Shown piece by piece: positions 36,524 to 49,680 of a DNA stretch of 64,000 nucleotides. The position numbers and the translations under genes were made by a program. The notes below the pieces were generated by a model. It made no database searches and was not told where the DNA came from. It saw only the letters and a program-made list of their open reading frames with translations. Source of the DNA: Eledone cirrhosa (taxonomy: Eukaryota); contig OZ024747.1 in the NCBI GenBank assembly GCA_964016885.1, positions 6,014,001-6,078,000 of the forward strand, written 5' to 3'. Numbering within the stretch: position 1 is the stretch's first letter; every line of letters starts with the position of its first letter.

Positions 36524-38759
36524 ACCTCTCCTATTATCCTTCTCCATCTGTTTTATTTTGATCGATATAAATGTCATCCGACTGTGCAGTTTAATGCATT
36601 ATTTCATGCTCGATACGAATATTTGTTTAGTTCTTTCGTTTTGTTTCTTATTTAACAGTAGAAAATCCTCGTTTATTACGTGACCGACGTCGTAAATTTT
36701 ACGATTTATTAAACAGCCACGTTCTACACGTGTATAATATAATTAAATTTTGTTCTTCTCTCATATAATTATTCATTTTGTTTTCTAAAACTACTACTTA
36801 TATGTGATGATTATTACTATAATATCGTTTTATTTTCATGTGTATTCATTGTAATCGAATGATATCGTTTATAATAAAAGCTAGATTCAACGCCTAGTAA
36901 TTTACACCTAACCTATAGGAAGATTTTTTTTTGTTCTTACGAAAATATCCTAATATGGCAGACAAATTGGCGATTAATTTTACTTTCGAAATTTGTAATG
37001 AATCTTGGTGTTTAACACAACTGGTAATCGTTTTAAGATCATGGATAACTTCCATTTATATGTCGAGATATACGTATATAATGGTCGTTGACTTGAATCC
37101 AAGCAAACCACATTCTTGCAGTTATTAGCTGGTATCAAATCTTAGCTTTATTGTCATGGGGCCTTAGTTAACTATTGCTCCACATCTTTTACCATGTGTA
37201 TATATATATACTCTTTAACATGTTCCGGCTGAGGTCATGCTGGGGCACCGCATGTATATATCAAGATTAATATAGAAATGGCTTTTACGGGATTAGAACT
37301 GTTTCATTCAAAATAAATCGGGAATAAAGAAGCCATTTCTATATTAAACATGATGTTTACACTATTAATGTATTGATTGCCTGTGGTTATCCACGATTGA
37401 ACCCGGGACTCGCGTATGTGCATGATCAGTTTATTGTCGCCGCCCTCTCCACCTAACTTTCCTCAATGTATATCTTGCACAAATATATGGTTTTCAATGT
37501 AGATTACGATTATGGTGGCTCATTTTCACTCAGAAGTTGTCTGATTTTAAAACGGATTACCGTGCACATCTGGTTGTTTGGTTCGATATTCAATTAAAAT
37601 TCTGGGGTTTCTCTTAAATCGGGTCTCTAAATGATTTGTGAACTTTACTATTTGTTTCTCATAATTTATCATTTCGTTCACATGCTTTATAACGCTATAT
37701 CTATATATATATCACACATAAGTATTGTGTAAGGAGCATGGTTTAGTTAGAATGTTGGGCTTGCGATCGTGAGGTGAGTTCGGTTCTCGGACCTTGTGAA
37801 TCGTTGTGTCATTGAGCAAGAAACTTTACTTCACGTTGCTCCGGTTTAGCTGGTGCCAAAGTTGCATGGGGTGGGGTAGGCATGAGTGGTTACCTCCTTC
37901 GAAGAACTTTCATTTTAAAATCGAATGGTCATTTGTGAAGGGGCTCTTTACCCTATAATTCAGTGGAGACGTGAGCATGCTAGAAATAGAAACCAGGTCA
38001 CACTCGTTTTTCCATATTTACACTGAAACACAGTTTATGCAGGTCTTTACAACACAAAGCTTCTTAGATGAAATTATGATGGGAAGTTTTTAAATAAATT
38101 TTGAAATATTTAAATGGGAGTCACTATTATTGAAATATAGTTGATCTACCACGGACCATAGTTCTGTTTGGTCAGTACTCAGGGTAAAACTATAAAATTT
38201 GTACTTTCATTTTATTATACGAAAACATGAAATTTTATGGTTCTCTATGTAGATGTAGTTGATTTCCTACAAGGTTGTGTCCAGTAACAGTTTCCTTTAA
38301 ATGGGGTTCCAATTCACACTTATGTAGATTTAGTTGGCCCCTTGCAATGTATCCCATAAGTTTTTTTAAAGCCGTTAGTTACCAAACCTCTTGAAAGGGT
38401 CTCAAATGGCCAGCAAATGTTTTACGTTCTGCCGTTTGTATTAACTGTATTGTGGATACAGACATGGTTGGCTGTTCCAAGTTCACATTGCAATAATAAG
38501 GTCCTGGGTTCGGTCTGACTGCATCAGTTGTCTTTAGTCAACCTTTGTGGCTGTCATTGTAAGGATTTAGAAAATATCTAAAATCAGATTTGTGAACGTT
38601 TGATGTAATGACCTGAATTCTTAATGAGATTCATATTGCTGTTTGTATCTGGAAACTAATTGCTGGGGGACTGTTATTCAATTTTATATTTATTACCATG
38701 TCCCTTGTTTATTGTGGAGTGTGTGGACCTTGTATTGATTCTACCATAGTGGAGGATCC

Positions 38760-38928
38760 TTTAAACTTTTAGCATTTACATAATGTTGAATCTATGAGAT
38801 TTTAATGTTATTTATTTTGAGTACAGTACCTTAACATCAGTATGAGTACTCAGTTATGGCTCATTTGAACAGAAAGAGGTGAGAAAATTCTGATCAGATA
38901 CGGCCAGTTTAAATGCTAGAGGGTTAAA
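38760..38928. mobile_element. TTAA-flanked piggyBac-like MITE
   Basis: Ends TTAA-(C/A)C(T/C)TTTAGCATTTA ... TAAATGCTA(A/G)AGGG-TTAA; other copies at about 42929-43104, 44219-44383 and 49918-50147. Confidence 0.65.
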
Positions 38929-39233
38929 CCTTTTGTTACCTTATTTCTAATGGTTTAACATCTTGTGGAAAAATTTAGTAATATAATTAACTTTTGTATC
39001 ATAGAACCAAAAGTGATTTGCTATCAAAAGAGCTTTCAACTGATGAAAATGATCTTGAATATTAATTTGAAGTGGGTTGGTACTATAACTTATTAAACAG
39101 GTTTAGGTATAAATATAAATTTTAAAGCAAGTAGTTTTGTATCAGAACCAGGGATGGTTTGGTAACTAATAAACATGACTTCCTCTTGTTAATTTCGGTT
39201 TTTCCTTTCTATGTAGGATATTCTTAAAGCAAG

Positions 39234-39401
39234 ATGAAACTGAACAAACTTGTCTCGTCGTCGCGAAGGAAGAACAGAAAGAGGCACTTCAACGCCCCTT
39301 CTCACATTAGGAGGAAACTTATGACTTCTCCGTTGTCAAAGGAACTTAGACAGAAATACAATGTCCGTAATATGCCTATCAGAAAAGATGATGAAGTTCA
39401 G
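39234..39401 (+). CDS. RPL26: 60S ribosomal protein L26 (uL24), coding exon 1
   Basis: [56 protein letters not shown]; acceptor at 39216, donor GT at 39402. Confidence 0.98.
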
Positions 39402-40336
39402 GTTTGTTGGATTTTTTTATGGGGAATTGGGGGCCTAGGTTTATATTTTTATATAGGGTTGGAAGGGAATATTAGCTGTATCAAGGACATGACACCTTTC
39501 CTTAGTGTTTGTGCATTTGGTTTAGTGCAGGGCATTAAACAAGGGTGGTGATGAGGAGGGACAGTGTCCATGACTATTTCTGAGGACCCCCTCTAAACTC
39601 TTGCAGTGAAGGTTATTCCCAAACTGGGGATCTGGCTTGTGACAGCAGACTTCACTAAATGTACCCAGGGACTAGGTGATCGTGCTATGCCTAGTAGTGG
39701 GTAAAATCTGTCCAACACCTCAGAAAGATATCCCAAGGCACCTTGTCCAATGTTATAATATCTGGCATTCCATTGTCTTTGGGGAAAGTTACTTTGATTA
39801 CATAATCCTAGATATACTGTTTAAAAAAGTGTGGTCATGGTTGGAGCACTTTTGATCATAGACCTGAAGTGAAGACACGTGGCTTACAGTGTGTATTTCT
39901 CATATCCTTGGGTGGCTGTGCTATCATAGACTAGTGATGGGGGTGTAGATCTAAACAGTTATCAGTCATAAAACCAGAGCGATTTATTATCAAATGGGTT
40001 GGTTTTCATCATCACCGTTTGACATATATTTTCCATTTTGACATCTATGAGACAAGTCAGATTAGATTACCATTTCTGGCTGGGTGCCCTTTCTAACACT
40101 AACCACATTACAGTGTGAAGTGGGTGCTTTTTCTCGTGGCACCAAAAGAACCATTTTACAGTGTGGACTGAGTTCTTTTTGTACTTTTCAAAAATGTGTT
40201 AATGTAATGTAGTTTTGTGTGGTACAGGATGTTAATAGAGTTTTATTTTGTCTGCTGTTCCAACTCAGCTACAGTGATGTTATTTATGATACAGCGATGG
40301 TTTTGTTATATTGATGTGGTTTTTGTTATTCCCTAG

Positions 40337-40477
40337 GTGGTACGTGGTCACTATAAAGGACAGCAAGTTGGCAAAGTTGTCCAGTGTTACAGGAAAAAGT
40401 TTGTGATTTGCATTGAGAGAATCCAGCGTGAAAAAGCTAATGGAACATCAGTTCATGTTGGTATTCATCCATCAAAT
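40337..40477 (+). CDS. RPL26: RPL26 coding exon 2
   Basis: [47 protein letters not shown]; ccctAG / GTAAGT. Confidence 0.98.
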
Positions 40478-40819
40478 GTAAGTTGTATAGCTGCTATATA
40501 TATATATACAATGGTCGACTGAAAAGGTCATAGGCTGACCAAGATACTCTCATGGAATGATCAATTTAGGTTTATTTTTCAACATACTCTCTGGAAAGAT
40601 GCAATGCAGTTATTTTATTAAGAGTTGAAATTAATGCATGCAAGATTTCACAACTCTACCATCCCTCCTTCATAGTGGGCATATAAACTTTTCAGTCAAC
40701 CCACATATTTTGTTTAGGCAATTTAAGGTATTTGGTAACTTTATTACTGAAAAGTTTTTCAATACTTTTGAGCATTTAATCAAAGTCTTTATAATTTTTC
40801 AATTATTTCCTTTTTATAA

Positions 40820-41790
40820 TATGAGCATCATCGTTTTTATATGCTTGCATGGGTTGGACAGGTCCTTTCCAGCACAGCATCTCTCTAACTCTCAGTAGTT
40901 TGAGGTTAGCTCTCGCAACCTCTGTCCGGGTCTTGGTCTACCTCTACTGCAGCAGTCTTCCACTGATTTCTTGGCAATTCTTCGCCCAATGGTCATTCAT
41001 GTGCATCACATGTCCATACCAAGTCTTCTCTCTCAACTTATCCAAGCTCTGCCTTTCTCTCATATTTACATTGCATATCGAACAAAGCATAACTGCTTCA
41101 TTTCTCTGCATCACACATAGGCAGCATAGAGTCATCCTTTTGTATGTAGGAAGAAACCTTTTGTTGTCAACAGTGGGAGTAGCTCTTTAAACTTCTTCCA
41201 TTCTAGCTATTATGCTCTCGGAGCATCCTCACCTAAATAGAAGATATCAACTACTTCTATGGATCCTTCTTGTGATTGGAAAATGTTTATATCACTGATA
41301 CTTTTCTCGATTGCCCCTATACATCTTTTACATAGTCTACCTGATGTCCCACTACATCTCTTGTGTACAGTATATAGAGTTTATGCCTACTCCTTTTCTA
41401 CATATTGTGCAGGGCCCACATCCTTGAAGGAATCAGTCCTATCTTTTTTAGTTTTGGCTAAGTTTACTCTGACATTTTGATTCCAAATTCTGTTTCCATG
41501 GTTGGAGCTTATTCTCTAGCTCTTTTATGGATTCAGCTATAAGGTCAGATCATCCACATAGAGAAGTTTGTATGGACATCCACAACCGTTGTGGCCTGGA
41601 GAACTATGATAAAGAGTAGTGGTCTAAGAACTGGTCCCTGATGAATTCCTCACTAAATTCACTTCCTACTCTCATTTTACTGACTGCACATGGCTTGCAC
41701 TGCTCTCACAAACCATTCTTCTATACCTAATTTCCTTAAGGCCCACCAGATAACAGATCGGGTTACTCTATCAGAGCTCTTTTCTAAACC
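40820..41790 (-). mobile_element. Degraded RTE-type LINE in RPL26 intron 3
   Basis: Similar to 55840-57250; minus strand encodes IHQGPVLRPLLFIIV, LLYVDDL and WYGHVMHM remnants. Confidence 0.75.
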
Positions 41791-43394
41791 TATATTTAAT
41801 AGAAAGGTCTTTTTAGTTTCCAAACCGTCTGACTCCATATTTTCCCATGTATCTTGTTTTGTCTTATGTTTATCTTTATGTTGGGTGGAACATTCTTCCC
41901 TGGGGAAAGCCTTAGTATTTATTATAATCCATCTAGCTCATTTTACAAATTAGAAATTAATTTGGCTTGTGTTTGCCTGATTGGTGTGTAGTCAGATTAA
42001 CTCGTTTTCTGAAATGTTGCAAATGGTTAGTTCGCCTCACTCGCTCTTCATTTCTTGAGCCGTGACCAGAGCCACTGAATCCATTCTACCATCCTGGTAC
42101 TCTCCAACCATTGATATCACCTTCCAGGATGATGAGGTCTCTCTTCTACTTTGACCACAAGAGATATGATGAAAATGTTAAATCACACTTTCTTAGTTCT
42201 GGTTATTCAAAAGGTCGGGATGTTTGAGGCTTTTATCAAATAGAAGTTATAGAACTCAACTAGGGCTGGGGATTAAATATACAACTGTGGGACTAAATAT
42301 TAACCATGGCTTCATTAACTTTTTTGTGGAAGATTATATAATGAAATACATTCTATTTGAATTAATTAATGATTTCATTACTATTTTTTTTATATAGAAA
42401 TTCATCATCATTTTACGTCCGCTTTTCCCTGCTTGCAAGGGTGGGACGGTAACTGACTCTGGCTTGATTTCTACAGCTGGATGCCCCAACCTCATTTACA
42501 GTGAGTGCTGGGTGCTTTTTTGCCGTGGCACTTCCACGACCACTTTGCAGTGGAATGATATGGACCAAGTCCCTGTCGTCTCATTTCTACAGCTGAGTAA
42601 ACTGGACCAATGTGAAATAAAGTGTCTTGCTCAAGGAAACAACACATCACCCGGTCTGAGAATTGAACTCATGATCTTTCGATTGCAAGGCCAATACACT
42701 AAGCCATGTGCCTCCATTATTAGAAGATATTTAAATAGGAATCCAATAATATGGGTGCTTTAACCAGACCCAGGTTGGTATTAAAAGGATTGAGGTGGTA
42801 TCTTGCATTAAAAGTATGGTAACAAAAGAATTAATACATTTGGTACAAAACCACATGAACTACTAGTTCTGTAGTGTTGCAAACTGGGAATAGAAGTAGA
42901 AAAGTTGCTGTGTGATCTAAGAAGGAACTTAACTCTTTAGCATTTACATTACTCTATATTTACTTTTGTATTTTCACTGTGATGGCTTTATATCACATAC
43001 TATGGAATCTGAGGTTTTGAGACCAATACCTTAATGTCAATATGAGTAGTCAGTTTGAACCTAAAGAGGTGAGAGAATTCTGGCTGGTTTATATGCTAAA
43101 GGGAGACATGACCAGAAATGACTAACACTGATATCAAGATTGAGTGACCACAATATGTGGATAGTCACTGGTTAAGACTAGCTCGAGGCTTAATCAATGC
43201 AAGCCTAGGACGATGGGTATATTTTATAAACATGATATTTTCATTTCCATAGTGAAGGTGATAGTCCTATCTTTTCTTGATAATACTTGTCACTATGGAT
43301 TTATTTGATGTCTATATTTCTTGTACAATATAATAGCTTCTGATTGTTGTGTTCCTTTCACTTAACTGTATCATATATTCTTTTTTGTATTTAG

Positions 43395-43517
43395 GTTGTC
43401 ATTGTGAAATTAAAGTTGGATAAAGACCGGAAACGAATCTTGGACCGAAGGAGTCGTAACCGTGTTGTTGCCGACAAGGGTAAACATACTGAAGAGTCCA
43501 TCGTGGAAACCTCATAA
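43395..43517 (+). CDS. RPL26: RPL26 last coding exon
   Basis: tttAG acceptor; [40 protein letters not shown]-stop; full protein 143 aa. Confidence 0.97.
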   Translation, partial: VVIVKLKLDKDRKRILDRRSRNRVVADKGKHTEESIVETS

Positions 43518-43538
43518 GTATTTCCCTGTCTATACAGA

Positions 43539-43544
43539 AATAAA
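43539..43544 (+). terminator. Polyadenylation signal of RPL26
   Basis: AATAAA 22 nt after the stop codon, followed by a GT-rich downstream element. Confidence 0.85.
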
Positions 43545-45944
43545 ATACATGTTTAAATATTTGTCTTGTGTGTTCTGTTTTGGTTTTGAAATTATAGGTA
43601 GTGTCTGGCAACATGCTTTAGTTCAAATGGATCACTTCGATGTTTCCAAATTAGATTCCTCATGGTGTACAATATCTGCTAAAGGTGCATCAGCCAGAAG
43701 AGACTGTTATTGTTCTTTTAATATATATATATATGTTGTGATCAATTATTTCCCTTGCATAATGCCAGGTCTCCAATAATAGCCCACTTATTAAATTTTG
43801 CTGATCTTCAGCAAAATTTAATTTTTAGTGATTGCATTCTTGAGACATTAACAAACATTATACATGACAAAAAAAAGTTCATTATAAAATAAATGGGATG
43901 GGTTGGGGGTCTCAATATGTAAACTAAGCGACTAATTCTGTTTTTTATTTTAATATGAGGGGGAGGTAACCCTGAGCATAATAGCTAGAATAAGGATAGG
44001 ATGGATGAGTGCGAAGCTGCTTGGTAGTGAAACATGGGCAGAGAACATGCATAGATTGGAGAGAAATGAAGTGGAAGAAACTGGGTTTAAGAGGAATACC
44101 TGGGCTGAGGTTCTCAGGTGGAGAGATGCTGTGTTGACAAGGACATATCCAAACACTAGATTAATTCTTTGTTATGGCAATTCAACTGCCTTTCATTAGA
44201 AATTGGTAACAAGAGGGTTAGGCATTTAAACCAGCCAGAATTATCTCCTCTTTCTGTTCAAACTGGCCACTCATAATGATAAGTATTGTTCTCAAAATAA
44301 ATATCAAAATCTAAGATTTGATATGTGAGATAAAGCCTTTACCATGAAAATACAATAGGGTAATGTACATGCTAAAGGGTTAAATGAGAATTAGTTCATG
44401 CTTTATATATATATTACTATCATCACATCTAAACCCATACTAGCGTTGAGAATTGGCAATGAGTAGTGATGTTGGTAGTTCAGTCCTTAGTCCACTTTTT
44501 TTATTGTATTACAAGCTATCACTGAGATGGTATGTTGACCAAGCCATTATAGCTGAAACTAGGAGCAAAATGATGTCTCAACGGAACAGCACATCCTACC
44601 CATCTATAGTGTGGAAAATGGCGATATATATATATACGTTCATACAGGCATATCGATGTATGTTTATAAGTATTATCTACAAGAGTCAGAAATTGAATAA
44701 AAGAAGTAAACTATATATACATACATAGTCATTTTCCACCTGATCTACTTTGAGTGTGTGTATGTATCATCATCACCGTTTTACATCTGTTCTTCCACGC
44801 TAGCATGTGTTAGATGGGTTGTCCTGTTGTGGGCAGTGTCTGGTCGGCTGACCTTGTCTTGCTAATACAAGAACTGATTCTGGCTTAATTTTTACAGCTG
44901 GGTGCTTTTTTGCAGTGGATTGATAGGGACCCCAGTCCTATCATTTCATAAACTGGAGCAATGTGAAATAAAGCGTCTTGCTCAAGGAAACAACACATCG
45001 CCCGGTCCAAGAATTGAACTCACAACCTTTCGATTGCAAGCCCAATGCTCTAACCACTAAGCCATGCACCTTCACCTATGTATATATATATGTACATACA
45101 TAGTCATTTTCCACCTAAGCTACTTAGGACTATCTTGAGTGTGTGTGTGTATATATATATACACATAAAGTCATTTTCCACCTAAGCTACTTAGGACTAT
45201 CTTGAGTGTGTGTGTATGAATGTGTATATATATGCATAGTCATTTTCCACCTGATCTGCTTATGACTATCTTGAGTTTGTGTGTGTGTATATATATAGAG
45301 AGAGAGAGATTTTCCACCTGATCTGCTTATGACTACCTTGACCTATATTGTAGTATTAAAACAATAGTATAAATAAGACGTAAAGCCATTTGTCATATGA
45401 GAACATAAAGGAAGACATAATTCATAATTTGTTTTATTGAGCCATGATTCTGTGATGTAAGCCAACATTGATGTAACAAGGACAGATAATCCCATTTACC
45501 TTAGATAAGAGATGAGAAAATACTATCCTCTCAGACACGGATTAGGGGGGATTAATGTGTTTTATTGAAGTTAAACCATCCGAGTATACATACTTATGCA
45601 CACACACACATATATAAATTGTATATATGTGTGTATATTTCTGTTTGTCTTTTGCATACATACATATATGTGTGTGTGTGTGTATATATATATATGTAAT
45701 GTATAGATATTTAACATATATGTAATGTATAGATCTTTAACATACATATGTGTGTGTGTGTATATATATGTAATGTATAGATCTTTAACATACATATATA
45801 TGTGTGTGTGTGTATATATATATGTTATGTATAGATCTTTAACATACATATGAAGCAATGCTAGACAGTTATTAAAAACTTTATTTGATTATATAAAAGC
45901 AGAATGGAATAATTGTATTTAATATGTTGAGTTTGAATATTGAG

Positions 45945-46175
45945 GATCAGCGGCCAGCTATTGACCCCAAGGTCACGACAACCTCCATATACTTAGTACA
46001 CTTTATAATGGAATTAGTAGGAACAGTGGCCAGCTGTTGACCCCAAGGTCACGACAACCTCCATATACTTAGTACACTTTATAATGGAATTAGTAGGAAC
46101 AGTGGCCAGCTGTTGACCCCAAGGTCATGACAACCACCCTAGTGCTGATACACTTTATAATAGGATTAATAGTAG
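45945..46175. repeat. Tandem repeat of about 77 bp, 3 copies
   Basis: CAGTGGCCAGCTGTTGACCCCAAGGTCACGACAACCTCCATATACTTAGTACACTTTATAATGGAATTAGTAGGAA. Confidence 0.9.
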
Positions 46176-46474
46176 GAAGGTCAGCCAGATGTTCAACCCA
46201 TGCCAAACGAAGGGTTGTGGGGACACTTCAGTTATATCAAGGTCCTGGCATTCACCTTAGTGTTGGTGTCAAAATGTGCCCAGTACATGTTCTATAGTGG
46301 AAGGGCATCCAGCCATAGAAACTATGCCAAAATGGAACATATGAATTAGTTGTGGTAATTTAACTGGTCTAACCTCAATACGATAACCCATGCAAGCATG
46401 GAATATAGACATTAAATCCGAACCTGATGTGATCCTGGATCACTGGTCCAAACCAATCTGATCCCAGATCCAAT

Positions 46475-46705
46475 AAGAGCTAAGTTGAGCTGGACAGAGC
46501 TCAGTTAAGCTAAACCAAACCAAGCCTAGCTCGACAGAGCTAAGTTGAGGCAAACTAAGTTGAGCCAAATCAAGTTAAGCTGGACAGAGCTCAGTTAAGC
46601 TAAACCAAGCTGAGCTGGACAGCTAAACCAAACCAAGCCTAGCTCAACAGAGGTGAGTTGAGCCCAACCCAGCTGAGCTGGGTTGGGCTCAACTAGTTGA
46701 ACTAA
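46475..46705. repeat. Degenerate pentamer repeat (GAGCT/AAGTT/AAACC) ending in a palindrome
   Basis: AGTTGAGCCCAACCCAGC-TGA-GCTGGGTTGGGCTCAACT at about 46656-46694. Confidence 0.7.
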
Positions 46706-47311
46706 GGCAATTAAGACTACCAACTACCTAAACTTAACATAAACAGATCTACTATAATATCAATATTTCTCTAACACACTGTCTTGTAATCTGAGACACT
46801 CCACTGATGCTTACCACATAGAACATGTGGAAGCTTTTCTTTCTGATTCCCCGTCTTGCTAAGCACACAGATATATATATGTGTGTGTGCTAAGAGGTAC
46901 TGCTATAGAAAACAATATAAAAGCCAACCTACATATATATATATAGATATACAAATATAATTTCAGCAAGATCATATTTTGGCTGTGATCAAAAACAAAG
47001 CGAAACGCAATTTTTTAGATATGCGGCAAGCGCTCAATGGACTAAAAGAAGACCAGAGCAATTAACATACATTATAGAGGCCAAACAAACTGAAAACGGT
47101 GGTCATGAAGTTATCAGCCGCCGGAGCCAAAAAAACGAAGCAAGCTAAACAGGTTAAACAAAGAATTTACCTGGACCTCCTGGAAATTGATGGTTTAATC
47201 CAGTGGGAGATTTCTGTGACACCTAAATCAATTATATTGCCTATATATATATATATATATGTATATACGCATGGTATTGGATACATTTTGTCAAGGCAAT
47301 ACTTACTGATG

Positions 47312-47490
47312 TCAGTATCGGTAGAGGGTCGGACGCCATGCTTTCCAGCATAGTTACGTCCCTTTACGATCTGAGTTCAAATCCCGCCGAGGTTGACTTT
47401 GCCTTTCATCCTTACGGGGTCGATAAAATAAAGTACCAGTAATGCACTGGGTAATTTCTGGCCTTGTGCCTAAAGTAGAAACAATTATTA
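47312..47490 (+). mobile_element. SINE family A copy
   Basis: Same body as 23000-23185. Confidence 0.85.
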
Positions 47491-47639
47491 TTATTATGAA
47501 AGATATATATATATATGTGTATGTATGTATGTATCATTGTAATTACTTTCTGTGGTGATGATGATGATGATGGCAACAATAAGAAGGAAGATAGTAAGAG
47601 TAGTTGGAATGGTGTTGAAAGAGTTAAGTGCAGATGATT

Positions 47640-48375
47640 CACACACCACAACCACCAACATCACCATCACCACTACCACCAACACCACCATCACCACCAC
47701 CACAACCACCAACATCACCATCACCACTACCACTACCACCAACACCACCATCACCACCACCACTACCACAATCACCAACATCACCACTACTACTACCACC
47801 AACACCACCATCACCACCACCACTACCACAATCACCAACATCACCACTACTACTACCACCAACACCACTGCTACCACCACCACCACCACAATCACCACCA
47901 TCACCACTACTACTACCACCAACACCACTGCTACCACCACCACCACCACAATCACCACCATCACCACTACTACTACCACCAACACCACTGCTACCACCAC
48001 CACCACCACAATCACCACCATCACCACTACTACTACCACCACCACCACCACCACAATCACCACCATCACCACTACTACTACCACCAACACCACTGCCACC
48101 ACCACCACCATCATCACCACCACCACTACCACAATCACCACCATCACCACTACTACTACCACCAACACCACTGCCACCACCACCACCATCATCACCACCA
48201 CCACTACCACAATCACCACCATCACCACTACTACTACCACCAACACCACTGCCACCACCACCACCACCACCACCACAATCATCACCATCACCACCACAAT
48301 CACCACCATCACCACTACCACCAACACCACTGCCACCACCACCATCACCACCACAATCATCACCATCACCACCTC
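47640..48375. repeat. (ACC/ACT/ATC)n trinucleotide low-complexity array with a higher-order period of about 60 bp
   Basis: Direct reading; yields poly-T, poly-P and poly-V ORFs. Confidence 0.95.
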
Positions 48376-48475
48376 ATTGTATTGTATAGAAGATAAAAGA
48401 AAGAATTCCTAGCAGACATCATCAAAGAGCAAAAGTTAGAAGGAGATGACACCAACAACAACTAACACAGTTACA

Positions 48476-48516
<41 letters not shown>

Positions 48517-48711
48517 GTTTGTGTGTGTGTGTTAGAGCAGAATATTGGTAATTCCACATTTGCAGAATTTGGGACAGTTGCTACGTGATCACATGATCCT
48601 GTCATGTGTCATGGAATATGACTAATGAAGATATTCCAACTGTCTTGGAAAATGGTCTCCAATGTTCTTTGATGTAATAGCAGAGATGACTGTACTGTAT
48701 GGTATGAAGTA

Positions 48712-49100
48712 ATAATTGTTTCTACGTTTGGCACAAGGCCAGCAATTACCCCAGTGTATTACTGGTACTTTATTTTATCGACCCCCGTAAGGATGAAAGG
48801 CAAAGTTAACCTCGGCGGGATTTGAACTCTGACCGTAAAGGGCCGCAACTCTGCTGCAAAGCATAGTGTCCGACCCTCTACCAATACTGCCAATCCACCG
48901 CCATTGTATGAAATAATAATAATAATTGTTTCTAATTTGGGCACAAGGCCAGTAATTTTGGGGGGAGGGGAAAGTCAATTAAATCGGCCCCAGTGCATTA
49001 CTGGTACTTTATTTTATCGACCCCGTAAGGATGAAAGGCAAAGTTAACCTGGCGGGATTTGAACTCAGAATGTAAAGGGCCATAACTCCATGTTGCAAAG
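48712..49100 (-). mobile_element. Two tandem SINE family A copies
   Basis: Reverse complements of the 23000 element at 48712-48905 and 48925-49100. Confidence 0.85.
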
Positions 49101-49461
49101 TTCTTTATTAGCCACACAGGGCTCACATTAAGGAAACATTAAAGACAGTACAGGACAATACAGTGCGGGTTAGTAATAATAATAATAATGTGGAAAGTGA
49201 AATATGTAAGAAGGCTAAACAATATAAAGTGGACGGCAAGATGAAGGTAATGAGAAAGTTACCTGGTAATCTGTCTTTCATCTAATATTTCAGGATTTCT
49301 CTTTGAAAGAGACCAGAACATTTTTTCTTTCTTCTCTGAGAGTTTTTTATACTCTGACGAAGGGAATTTTAAGTCCCAAAATATTAGAAACAATAAAAAA
49401 TAAACAAAGATTATAATAAAGCAAATGACACAGTACAATGAAGAAATATATATATATATAT

Positions 49462-49680
49462 ATGTAAAGGGTAAACAGAAATAACAACACAATCGGTACA
49501 GTATATGGAAGGGATATATTAGGTTAACACTTGAAATAGCAGGAAGAGGGTCTTAACGTTTCGGACGCTAGTCCTTCATCAGAAGAAAGAATGAGATATA
49601 AGATAGATTAAGGAGACAGGCGTGTTGGAAATGGAAAAAATGTCTTTAGATAAAAATAACAGGTCCATTCATGTTGACAT
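49462..49680 (-). repeat. pLTR-like repeat copy with minimal hammerhead motif (49551-49586)
   Basis: Minus strand TCTT-CTGATGA-A-GGAC-TAGC-GTCC-GAAAC-GTT-AAGA; same family as 415-582. Confidence 0.8.

Noticed and set aside
39548-39583. Box C (GTGATGA) and box D (CTGA) in RPL26 intron 2
   Set aside because: Only about 36 nt from C to D, too short for a C/D snoRNA, and no second box pair seen
46475-46700. Resemblance of GAGCT pentamers to immunoglobulin switch regions
   Set aside because: Short, lacks G-clusters, no Ig genes and invertebrate context; simple degenerate repeat
47494-48412. Mucin-, extensin- or poly-Val-like ORFs
   Set aside because: Trinucleotide low-complexity DNA open in several frames, with no exon support
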